Shown here: in pieces, positions 1-7,293 of the stretch
Numbering within the stretch: position 1 is the first letter of the stretch
How the letters are laid out: every line of letters starts with the position of its first letter
Virus record (IMG/VR): IMGVR_UViG_3300015245_000004
Span: 1 to 64,000 of that record
Direction: 5' to 3' (one strand)
DNA from: a virus
DNA length: 64,000 nucleotides
The notes under the pieces: model-generated
What the model was told of the DNA's origin: nothing
The model's database searches: none
What the model saw: only the letters and a program-made list of their open reading frames with translations
Position numbers and translations under genes: made by a program

Positions 1-6
1 CAATCC

Positions 7-975
7 TCATGGGGTGCCTATTACGGATGGTAGTGAATAATCAACGGAGGTATCCACGTCGGCCGGTATCTCGACCGGCCACTTCTTGCCGCTGGTCCCG
101 CGTTGAATGGTGTAGGCTATGCCGGGGAGCAAGTTGGTGAAGCTCGTAATGCCCGCCGTACCGCTGGTAATTGTTCGCGCACCATCGGGCAGCCCGCTTC
201 CAACACTATCGCGTGGGTCATCGGCTATTAGGTAGAACACGACCCCCGACGCCGGCTCGTAGTCATCGTCGTAGGCAATCAGCACCCCCGTTACGCCAAC
301 TGTGCTTATCGTCGGGGTATTCGCCGTCATGCTGTACGTGTGACTGGTATCCGCACTGATCACCAGCGTCGTTGCCGTGAATTGATAACCGGCCAGCGAA
401 ATCGAAACGGTCCAGGTGCCATCGTCCAACCCAAAGGCAATAACGCCGCTGGAATTGGTTGAACCTACGTATGTCTCAGCGCCCTTGGTCACTCGGACGC
501 GCGCTGATTCCAACACTGTCGAGCCGTCGTTCACAGTTAGCGTAACCGTGCGGGCACCGGTGCCGAGGCCGCTGGTTTGTACTTCAAGAAGCGCCGAGCC
601 GGCAATCAATGCGTCGTAAACATCCTCATCAATCACGTCATAGACAGCCGAGCGGAATGGCAGTCCGCCATTGACCGATCCGGTGATGTACATAACCCCG
701 GTACTGACGTTCTTGAATCCAGCCCCACTACTATCAGGGAGACGAACCGAATACATACCGTTGGTGAGGTTTTGCCAGCCATAGTCGGCATTGATGCCAT
801 TGGCCACGGTAATATCAGTTTCATCAATGGAGCCGTCGGAGATTTCACGGTATGCAGTGAGCTTCAATCCCGAGGCGTTGTAGGCCAGCGCATCAAGTAA
901 TGTCTTGAAATCCGAGTCGGAGACGACCGGACCAAACGAGCAGCGGATATACCGATTCACTGGTTTAAACGGCAT
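7..975 (-). CDS. Tail-fibre/receptor-binding-like virion protein (beta-sandwich rich)
   Basis: 322-aa ORF, last gene seen in the leftward structural operon. Its ATG abuts the stop of the LamG fibre gene (975/976). S/T/G/V-rich beta-strand composition with carboxypeptidase-regulatory/Ig-like stretches (VTLTVNDGSTVLESARVRVTKG, GTWTVSISLAGY). Called from composition and context only. Confidence 0.4.
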   Translation of the reverse strand: MPFKPVNRYIRCSFGPVVSDSDFKTLLDALAYNASGLKLTAYREISDGSIDETDITVANGINADYGWQNLTNGMYSVRLPDSSGAGFKNVSTGVMYITGSVNGGLPFRSAVYDVIDEDVYDALIAGSALLEVQTSGLGTGARTVTLTVNDGSTVLESARVRVTKGAETYVGSTNSSGVIAFGLDDGTWTVSISLAGYQFTATTLVISADTSHTYSMTANTPTISTVGVTGVLIAYDDDYEPASGVVFYLIADDPRDSVGSGLPDGARTITSGTAGITSFTNLLPGIAYTIQRGTSGKKWPVEIPADVDTSVDYSLPSVIGTP

Positions 976-2157
976 CTATGCGGCCCCCAGTGAAGCAAAG
1001 GTGTAATAATAGTATGGCCGGCCTGTGGTCTGAACCGCTGGCGTGATTGTGCCTGATTGGTTCAGCGTGCCAGAGAGGGCCTTGAGAATGCTCTTAGCCA
1101 GTGCGCCGGATTGAGTGAGCGTTCCTGTCTTTGGCTGTTGAACCTGTTTCGACGCCGACCCGCTCTGCGTCATCGTCCCGCTGCACGCCTTGCCGGTCGT
1201 GCGCGTTCCTGATCCGGTTTGGGTCAACGTACCCGTAATGGCCTTGCCGACTGATCGTGTCGCGCTGCCTGACTCGGAGAGCGTTCCTGTCTTGCCCTGT
1301 TGCGTCTGTCGCGTGGCCGCACCGGTTTCGATCAATGTCCCCGTGTTTGCCTTTTGCGTTTGCCGGGCCGCAGCTCCGGTTTCGGTGAGCGTTCCGGTAT
1401 TGGCTTTATTGACCTGTTTGGTTGCCGAGCCGGTTTGAGTCAGGGTTCCAGAGAGCGATAGGGTGTAAATTGTTCCAGAGACTACCAACCCAAACGCTCG
1501 ATCCGCGAATGAGTACAAAATACGCGGGTGAGCGCCAGCAGCGGCTCCGGTCACTGCGAACGTCGCCCCGCTGAATCGCGTCGTCTCCGGGCTGTCCTGA
1601 CCAATACACGGAATGTAAGCGACAAGCGCCTCAGGTCGTACTAATAGAGGACAAACGCCAGTTGCCAACACCGCCACATCGGCCGCAGTCAAAGCCACAT
1701 TCCAGAAAGCAACTTCTGCAATACTACCATCAAAAGGCTGACCGCCAGCCGTGTGCGGGCCAATAATCCCAATCTGCGTGGCCGTCATTCCACTGGGAGT
1801 TTTATTGGTGCCGTCTGTCGTAGAGTTTGCGCCATTCAAATAAACAATTCGTGATGTAGCAGAAGCAATCGAAGCGCAGGCATGATGCCAAGTGTTCGCC
1901 GTATAGCCAGCGGTCGTGTCCGCATTCGCCGTACCGCCCGCCGCTATTTGCAAGCGGACCGGATCGCCCGCGACTGCACCAGCGGCAATCAAGCGCCAGT
2001 AATTAGTGGCACCGGTATCAGAAATTCCACAAAGTGTACGAGTGGCCGTAACGTCGTTGGCGTTAAACCAACAACAAAACGACAACGGCGTGACGGAAAG
2101 GATCGCCGCCGCCGCTTCGAGATAATGCACAGACGCCGCTGTGAATACACGGGCCAC
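976..2157 (-). CDS. LamG/concanavalin-A-like lectin domain tail fibre protein with C-terminal 18-aa tandem repeats
   Basis: 393 aa. The N-terminal two thirds have LamG-type hallmarks (RIVYLNGANS..., FDGSIAEVAFWNVALTAADV). The C-terminal third is about 7.8 copies of the unit TGTLTxTGxAxxQxxKAx. Confidence 0.55.
   Translation of the reverse strand: MARVFTAASVHYLEAAAAILSVTPLSFCCWFNANDVTATRTLCGISDTGATNYWRLIAAGAVAGDPVRLQIAAGGTANADTTAGYTANTWHHACASIASATSRIVYLNGANSTTDGTNKTPSGMTATQIGIIGPHTAGGQPFDGSIAEVAFWNVALTAADVAVLATGVCPLLVRPEALVAYIPCIGQDSPETTRFSGATFAVTGAAAGAHPRILYSFADRAFGLVVSGTIYTLSLSGTLTQTGSATKQVNKANTGTLTETGAAARQTQKANTGTLIETGAATRQTQQGKTGTLSESGSATRSVGKAITGTLTQTGSGTRTTGKACSGTMTQSGSASKQVQQPKTGTLTQSGALAKSILKALSGTLNQSGTITPAVQTTGRPYYYYTFASLGAA
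1033..1452 (-). repeat. In-frame 54-bp tandem repeat (about 7.8 units) inside the LamG fibre gene
   Basis: Protein residues 236-375 form consecutive 18-aa units (SGTLTQTGSATKQVNKAN / TGTLTETGAAARQTQKAN / TGTLIETGAATRQTQQGK ...). Coordinates were back-calculated from the ORF frame. Confidence 0.8.
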
Positions 2158-2160
2158 GGA

Positions 2161-2652
2161 TTATGTTTCCTTAAGTTCAACGCCGAGCAGCTGAGCATCA
2201 CCGGCCGCTGAATCATTGGCCACGTCACGGCGAATACGAATGCGGAACGACTCACCCACGGCGATGCTGTCGATATTAGCGCCATCAGTCACAGCGACAT
2301 TAGTAATTGACACATTGCCGCTCGTGCCATCAACCGTGGCAGCGGTGACTGTCTGAGCCGTGGCGAACCCGTCGGAATCAATGTCCTGTTGTGCGGCACC
2401 AATTCGCTCAAATGAAACATCCCAGCCGATTGTTCCCGACGTTGCCGATGCCGCAGCCCAATGGAGGTAAACGGTGATTCCGCCGCCAGCGTAGTTACGT
2501 GGAAGGATGCCGCGGAAAAAGCACGCCTCTTGCGTGGTGGTGTCGAATTCCAACAGAAGATGCGTATTGCGCGTGTTGAACGTCGCGTAATTAGTGGCCG
2601 GGAATTGCGCCGCAGCCGGCTGAAAACTCATCAACGTGTTGCCGCTGGCCAT
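2161..2652 (-). CDS. Hypothetical virion structural protein (beta-rich)
   Basis: 163-aa ORF tightly packed in the fibre operon (4-nt gaps on both sides). No motif recognised. Confidence 0.4.
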   Translation of the reverse strand: MASGNTLMSFQPAAAQFPATNYATFNTRNTHLLLEFDTTTQEACFFRGILPRNYAGGGITVYLHWAAASATSGTIGWDVSFERIGAAQQDIDSDGFATAQTVTAATVDGTSGNVSITNVAVTDGANIDSIAVGESFRIRIRRDVANDSAAGDAQLLGVELKET

Positions 2653-2655
2653 CGG

Positions 2656-2913
2656 TTACGCTCCCGTGATATACCGCTTTGTGATAACAGCAACCAGCAA
2701 ACGTGCCTTTTGACTTGTCGTCAAATTGGCCTTCGCGGCGGCTGGCAAAGCATTATTAACACTAGCCGCATTGGTGACGAGGAAATCATCCAATGCATTG
2801 AAGGCGGCGCGAATGTCAGTCTTGGTGACACCGCTGAAGGTGCCGATGCCGTTTTCCGACGCCATGTAGACGCCAGCCGCATCGAGTCGATCTTGTGTGC
2901 CGAGTGCCGCCAT
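2656..2913 (-). CDS. Hypothetical protein, structural operon
   Basis: 85-aa ORF, tightly packed and co-oriented. Confidence 0.4.
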   Translation of the reverse strand: MAALGTQDRLDAAGVYMASENGIGTFSGVTKTDIRAAFNALDDFLVTNAASVNNALPAAAKANLTTSQKARLLVAVITKRYITGA

Positions 2914-2917
2914 GTTG

Positions 2918-3277
2918 TTACCCCGCTGTCAATTCCCCGTCTTGTTTCAACTCACCCTTGACCCCGACCGACCTCAGCTTCCGGCCCGCAAAGAACTCCG
3001 GTAGTTCCTTGCCGCCCTTACGCAGTTCGGCAATGGTGATTTCCGCTGCGGCCAGTGTGCCTAAATGGTCAAGGATCGGCAGAGCGGCCTTAAGGACCGC
3101 CTTCAGTTGCTCCTGCAGCGCTTCCTTGATCTTCGGGTCAGTCGCCGGAGTGAAGTCTTCGCCGAAGGTGGCGTGTGCGCCATTGGCGAGTTGCTCCGTC
3201 CGGTGCGCCGTAATAGCCAGCCGGGCCGGCGCTTTGCCGTCGAGGATCAACTCCGCTTTCGCTTTGTACATCGTCAT
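2918..3277 (-). CDS. Hypothetical helical protein, structural operon
   Basis: 119-aa ORF with a K/E/A/L-rich helical composition, co-oriented. Confidence 0.4.
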   Translation of the reverse strand: MTMYKAKAELILDGKAPARLAITAHRTEQLANGAHATFGEDFTPATDPKIKEALQEQLKAVLKAALPILDHLGTLAAAEITIAELRKGGKELPEFFAGRKLRSVGVKGELKQDGELTAG

Positions 3278-3286
3278 GGCTTGCCC

Positions 3287-4048
3287 CTAGCTCAATGTGA
3301 GCACGTAGGTCACCTGAAGGCTGTCCGCGTTGGCGGTCAGCGCCTGCCCGCCGGTCAACTGGTGGTCATAGAGCGTCGTCGAGGATGACGCCGAGAACAG
3401 GCCCCATTCCTGAACGGTAGGCGTGCCGCTGTCCGGGCTGAACGTGCCGACCGTAGTGTAGGTTGCATTTGAGTGCGCTTGTGAGCCGGTGGGCCGTGTG
3501 GAGTTAGTGACGTATTCGGTCGTGTACTCCGTGGTCAAACCAGTGTCGGCCGCGTTGACGGCCGTCGAGCTTGAACCGAACCCGTGATACTTGAGGTTTT
3601 CCGCCTCGGCGGTGTTGTCGAAACAGCTGGCCGCATAGTTCTTGCCGGCCGTCACGATCAGGTGCACGCCGACCAGGCCGTATTCAACGACTTCAAACCA
3701 ACCCCGGCCGATTGCTTCGGTGCGTGGAATGCGCACCCGCTGTTTATCATGGTTGCGCGTGAAGTAACACCACTCATGATCCATGCCGACCGCTTGCAGC
3801 CCTTCGAGGTGCGACCGGAAGACCGTGGCATAGAGCCGGCCGTGCGTGGGCATGTTGAAGCCGGGGACGATCTTCGCCAGGATCGCGCAGACAAAGAGCA
3901 ACACTTCAACCGGCCATTCTCGGTAGCGGAACGAAACGACGCACCGGGCTTTCCATGCCAACCAGTGCAAGCGCTTTTGCAGCGGCGTCATGGGCAGTCG
4001 CTTGGCCGCTTGCGTGATCGGTTGCGATGTATTGACTAATCCAAGCAT
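3287..4048 (-). CDS. Tail-fibre/collar-like structural protein
   Basis: 253 aa. The C-terminal half (HGFGSSSTAVNAADTGLTTEY...VQEWGLFSASSSTTLYD...LQVTYVLTLS) resembles the xEiGLF-type tail-collar fibre domain. The N-terminal 130 aa look atypical, so the true start may be internal. Confidence 0.35.
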   Translation of the reverse strand: MLGLVNTSQPITQAAKRLPMTPLQKRLHWLAWKARCVVSFRYREWPVEVLLFVCAILAKIVPGFNMPTHGRLYATVFRSHLEGLQAVGMDHEWCYFTRNHDKQRVRIPRTEAIGRGWFEVVEYGLVGVHLIVTAGKNYAASCFDNTAEAENLKYHGFGSSSTAVNAADTGLTTEYTTEYVTNSTRPTGSQAHSNATYTTVGTFSPDSGTPTVQEWGLFSASSSTTLYDHQLTGGQALTANADSLQVTYVLTLS

Positions 4049-4051
4049 GAT

Positions 4052-4318
4052 TTAACTCCAGTATCCAATGGCATCACCGTTATACGGTGCGCCATTCGAG
4101 AAGGACTTCGTACTGCCGACCGCTGTAACCGTTGGCCCATCAAACCCGTTGTACGATGCCTGGGATAGGTGCAGTGCAATAAGGTCGCTCACGCTAAGCC
4201 CATGCGGCAGTTGCGTATTGTAAACCGCCGTGCCGGCATTGTTAGTAACGGAGACGATAGTGTGCTTATCACCCACCGCACCGCTGATCTCATCACCCAG
4301 ACCTAGCCCCAGCGCCAT
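4052..4318 (-). CDS. Hypothetical protein
   Basis: The ORF-track entry 4052..4411 is trimmed to the internal ATG (MALGLGLGDE...) that lies just after the stop of the upstream ORF at 4321. Confidence 0.35.
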   Translation of the reverse strand: MALGLGLGDEISGAVGDKHTIVSVTNNAGTAVYNTQLPHGLSVSDLIALHLSQASYNGFDGPTVTAVGSTKSFSNGAPYNGDAIGYWS

Positions 4319-4320
4319 AC

Positions 4321-4590
4321 TCACGAGATGTATAACCCCTTCACGGTGCCGGTCGTGTTCGTACTCATCACCTTCTGAATCGAGCCCGGATAGGTGACGC
4401 CGGCTAGGCAAACCCAGGTCACCGCCGCCGTATCACCGCTGAGAAGGACCGCGACATTGCCGGCTACCGTGCAAAGAATGCCGTCAAGCGGCGGGCTGTA
4501 GGTCGTACTGTCGGACGGTGTGATATCCACCGTTCGCTTCGGCGTCAGGTGGCCGCCGCGTTTCCAGGCCGGTACATCGGAGAAGGCCAT
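4321..4590 (-). CDS. Hypothetical protein
   Basis: 89-aa ORF, first gene after the intergenic gap 4591-4670. Confidence 0.4.
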   Translation of the reverse strand: MAFSDVPAWKRGGHLTPKRTVDITPSDSTTYSPPLDGILCTVAGNVAVLLSGDTAAVTWVCLAGVTYPGSIQKVMSTNTTGTVKGLYIS

Positions 4591-4670
4591 GATAAACCAC
4601 CGTTTAGGTAGGGAATTACGTACCGCGCTTATACGCTATTTCGGGGCGGCATTTCAATACCGCTAGTTGC

Positions 4671-5006
4671 CTAGTCGCGTGGCGATAGTTCAAACACACC
4701 TTTATTAAGATAACCGTGCCAGCCACAACAGCTCTTGGCAATGGACGGTCGTAATGTCAGTGTTGTTACATCAGCAAAACTACCTTGGGGTGCTGTCCAA
4801 GCCGTTCCCTGTTTTGGGGTTCCCAGCTCACCACAACCAGGACAGCAGAGCAACCACTTATTAGGCAGTCCTGTTCCGATACGCTCGACAAATGCACCGG
4901 GCGGCCCAAACCACCGGCAGTCAATTAACTCCATTGGGGGCTCCTCCCACGGAATCATCGAAGCCCGAACACCACTCTTCTTCGGATCAGCCGGCAGCCT
5001 TGGCAT
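4671..5006 (-). CDS. DUF6527-like small zinc-ribbon protein
   Basis: 111 aa with CCPGCG ... PSIAKSCCGWHGYLNKG, the pattern I associate with DUF6527 proteins (CPxCG, PSI, C-x-HG-hydrophobic-x2-G). Its start overlaps the MuF gene stop at 5006. Confidence 0.5.
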   Translation of the reverse strand: MPRLPADPKKSGVRASMIPWEEPPMELIDCRWFGPPGAFVERIGTGLPNKWLLCCPGCGELGTPKQGTAWTAPQGSFADVTTLTLRPSIAKSCCGWHGYLNKGVFELSPRD

Positions 5007-6523
5007 TATGACCGACCAATTCGACTTCGTCGAGGCGGCGAGGACTTAATGGCAATCCAGCTACAGCGGCAGTGCGGGTGTAGTGGGATCAGGCCGCGTG
5101 CGCCGTCAATCGTCATCCGGTCGCCCTCATGGTCTAGGCAACGAGGGCATACCTTCTGATCGCCCGCCGTAATCCACTCGGCCCGCACACCCACCTGCTC
5201 AACACCCAAGTCCTCATAGGCATCGAGCATTGCCTCGGCGTGCGCACCAACGATCAGGTCGGACGTATCCCGCTTCGCGGCGGCCTTGATAATCCCATCG
5301 AATACTTCCCTGATCGCCGCCTTGGTGGCCCCGGTTCCCTTCTTACGCGCGGCAACGGATAACTCATCAAGCAGCCACGTTTTGATATTGCCGGTAATTC
5401 CCTGCACCGTGTTCTTCGCGGCGTCGATTTGCAGGTCAGTGCTTTGCGAGTACCGCCGCTTGAGGCTGGTAATGAACTGGGCCTTGTAGCCCGCCTTGTA
5501 ACCCGGCTCCTTACCCGCAATGAAGTTAATACTGTCGTAAGCGCGGCGTGCGCCCTTGTCGAAGGTTTGCCGCACGTACTTACCGGCCCAGTACTCATGG
5601 GTGCGAGGGTCATCGCGGTCGAGGTGCTTTGCCGCCAGCTCATCGATCCAGCCCGATACCGCCGTGATTCGCTCGCGGGGGGTTTTGTGCGGCCAGGAAA
5701 CGCTGTAGTCGAGGGCCTGGGTCAGGGTTTCCTGCATGGTACGAAGGCGGCGGGTCAGGTCGGCCGCGAACTCCCGGCGCATGGTGATCGTCTGCGTCGG
5801 GTCGCTGCGAAGCGGGGAAACGCGAGGGGCGGTCGCGGCCTTCTTCTTTTTCTTGGCGTGGGTTGTTACCGGGTCGGCTGGATCAAATGTGCCTTTATTG
5901 GCGACATGCTTAACTTGTTGAGATGTGAATGGAATGTAGTTCTTGGGACCGGATAGCCCATCATCGCCCTCCCAGGGCATAATAACACCGTCATATCCCT
6001 CGGCCTTCCACCGCGCTATGTCAGTATGCCGTGGGTGATCCTTACTAAGGTCGGATAAAAAGTACTTATCATGCCAGGAAAGTATCTTCGGATTTTCGAT
6101 CCGCACATAGTACACACCAATCTCGCTATCCGGGGGTGCATCATAATCCGCAAACCGTTTACCCGTGCGTGGACTAACCGGCTCACCTTTATACGAACGA
6201 GCCTCATCCAAGCTATCGGTAGTGTAAAAGTAAGGTGCCTTAACAATATCGGGAATTTTACCTCGACTACTACCGTGATACACCACCAGTGGTTTACCGT
6301 CCTTATCCACAACCTTGCTACTGCCAAACCACTTTTTGAATGCAGCCGACTCCTCAACTGCGATGCGCGTCCACTTCCCTGCCTTGTCGCGGGCCTCGTT
6401 GGGATCGAATCCAGTGTTAGTAATCACGTTAGTGCGGTGCACGTCGCCGTGTAACCTTGTATCCCTTGGCAGTTCGGCGCTTCTTGATGCGATTGTAGCG
6501 CCGCTGATACTCATACGGACCAT
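5006..6523 (-). CDS. Head morphogenesis protein (Mu gpF / SPP1 gp7 family) with N-terminal ART-like polyvalent-protein domain
   Basis: The C-terminus ITAGDQKVCPRCLDHEGDRMTI...LIPLHPHCRCSW is the canonical MuF/gp7 signature. The N-terminus FKKWFGSSKVVDKDGKPLVVYHGSS...GYDGVIMP...IPFTSQQVKHV matches the ADP-ribosyltransferase-like module found in polyvalent phage proteins. Confidence 0.75.
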   Translation of the reverse strand: MVRMSISGATIASRSAELPRDTRLHGDVHRTNVITNTGFDPNEARDKAGKWTRIAVEESAAFKKWFGSSKVVDKDGKPLVVYHGSSRGKIPDIVKAPYFYTTDSLDEARSYKGEPVSPRTGKRFADYDAPPDSEIGVYYVRIENPKILSWHDKYFLSDLSKDHPRHTDIARWKAEGYDGVIMPWEGDDGLSGPKNYIPFTSQQVKHVANKGTFDPADPVTTHAKKKKKAATAPRVSPLRSDPTQTITMRREFAADLTRRLRTMQETLTQALDYSVSWPHKTPRERITAVSGWIDELAAKHLDRDDPRTHEYWAGKYVRQTFDKGARRAYDSINFIAGKEPGYKAGYKAQFITSLKRRYSQSTDLQIDAAKNTVQGITGNIKTWLLDELSVAARKKGTGATKAAIREVFDGIIKAAAKRDTSDLIVGAHAEAMLDAYEDLGVEQVGVRAEWITAGDQKVCPRCLDHEGDRMTIDGARGLIPLHPHCRCSWIAIKSSPPRRSRIGRS

Positions 6524-6655
6524 CGCGAGTAATATGACAGCACTTTTTAGGTTCCCACTCCCGAGGTGGAAAAGGCCTCAATGGAAGATACACTCGCACA
6601 GGAAAGGAAAAGACGGCGCTGAACACTGTCAAACAGTTATGTGAACCGATTGGCA

Positions 6656-6868
6656 TTACAACACCTTCCCGCACGTCGGGCACATCAACGGCCGTTCTTT
6701 AATATGCACGCCGAGCCAGTGCGGGCAAACCCGCTGCAGCCGCGCGGCCCGTGCCGAGCACTGGTTCATCATCCGCTCATAGTCGGCCGTGGCCAGGGCA
6801 CGGGCGCGGCTAATGGCCGCCGCCTCGGTTTGCGCCTGGGCCGTCGTTAGCTGTGTTTCCATACGCAA
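6656..6868 (-). CDS. Hypothetical small protein with C-terminal CxxC
   Basis: 70-aa ORF ending ...MCPTCGKVL. It overlaps the next ORF by 59 nt, so one of the two boundaries is uncertain. Confidence 0.3.
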   Translation of the reverse strand: MRMETQLTTAQAQTEAAAISRARALATADYERMMNQCSARAARLQRVCPHWLGVHIKERPLMCPTCGKVL

Positions 6869-7079
6869 GTAGTTCTCGTCGGGCCTGCTCCTCGGTCACC
6901 ACCCGGTCGCCGCGCCGCCACAGCACCGGCCCCGAAGAAGGCCGGGCGTGGATGACGAAGCCCTTATCGCGCAGCTCCCCATCCCAAAACAGCGGGCGTG
7001 GGTACGGCGGTAGGGCCGGCTCATCGTTTGCCGGCAGGCTTTCCTTGTTTCGGTTTCTTACTTTCATTGGTTCGCTCAC
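6810..7079 (-). CDS. Hypothetical protein
   Basis: 89-aa co-oriented ORF between portal and MuF. Confidence 0.3.
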   Translation of the reverse strand: MSEPMKVRNRNKESLPANDEPALPPYPRPLFWDGELRDKGFVIHARPSSGPVLWRRGDRVVTEEQARRELLAYGNTANDGPGANRGGGH

Positions 7080-7293
7080 TCCTCCACTCCTGACGAATGA
7101 TTATTCGACCGCCTAGCTTTTCCTTGAGCTTGACCAGCAAAAACCTCCGAGGGTCACCATCCGCCTCACTATAGTCTATAGGCACCGACATATTAGCCAG
7201 TTTAGTAAGCATTGGCGTCTCAGAGCGCCACTGCATGTTATCATCCAAATCAATAGTACCATACTTGGTGATCAGTGCCGAAAATGTACTCAT
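7021..7293 (-). CDS. Hypothetical protein
   Basis: 90-aa ORF whose ATG overlaps the portal stop (7290-7293). Confidence 0.35.
   Translation of the reverse strand: MSTFSALITKYGTIDLDDNMQWRSETPMLTKLANMSVPIDYSEADGDPRRFLLVKLKEKLGGRIIIRQEWRSERTNESKKPKQGKPAGKR

Noticed and set aside
6429-6683. 84-aa minus-strand ORF upstream of the MuF gene start
   Set aside because: It overlaps the MuF N-terminus and ORF 6656..6868. No RBS or motif was seen, so it is probably spurious.
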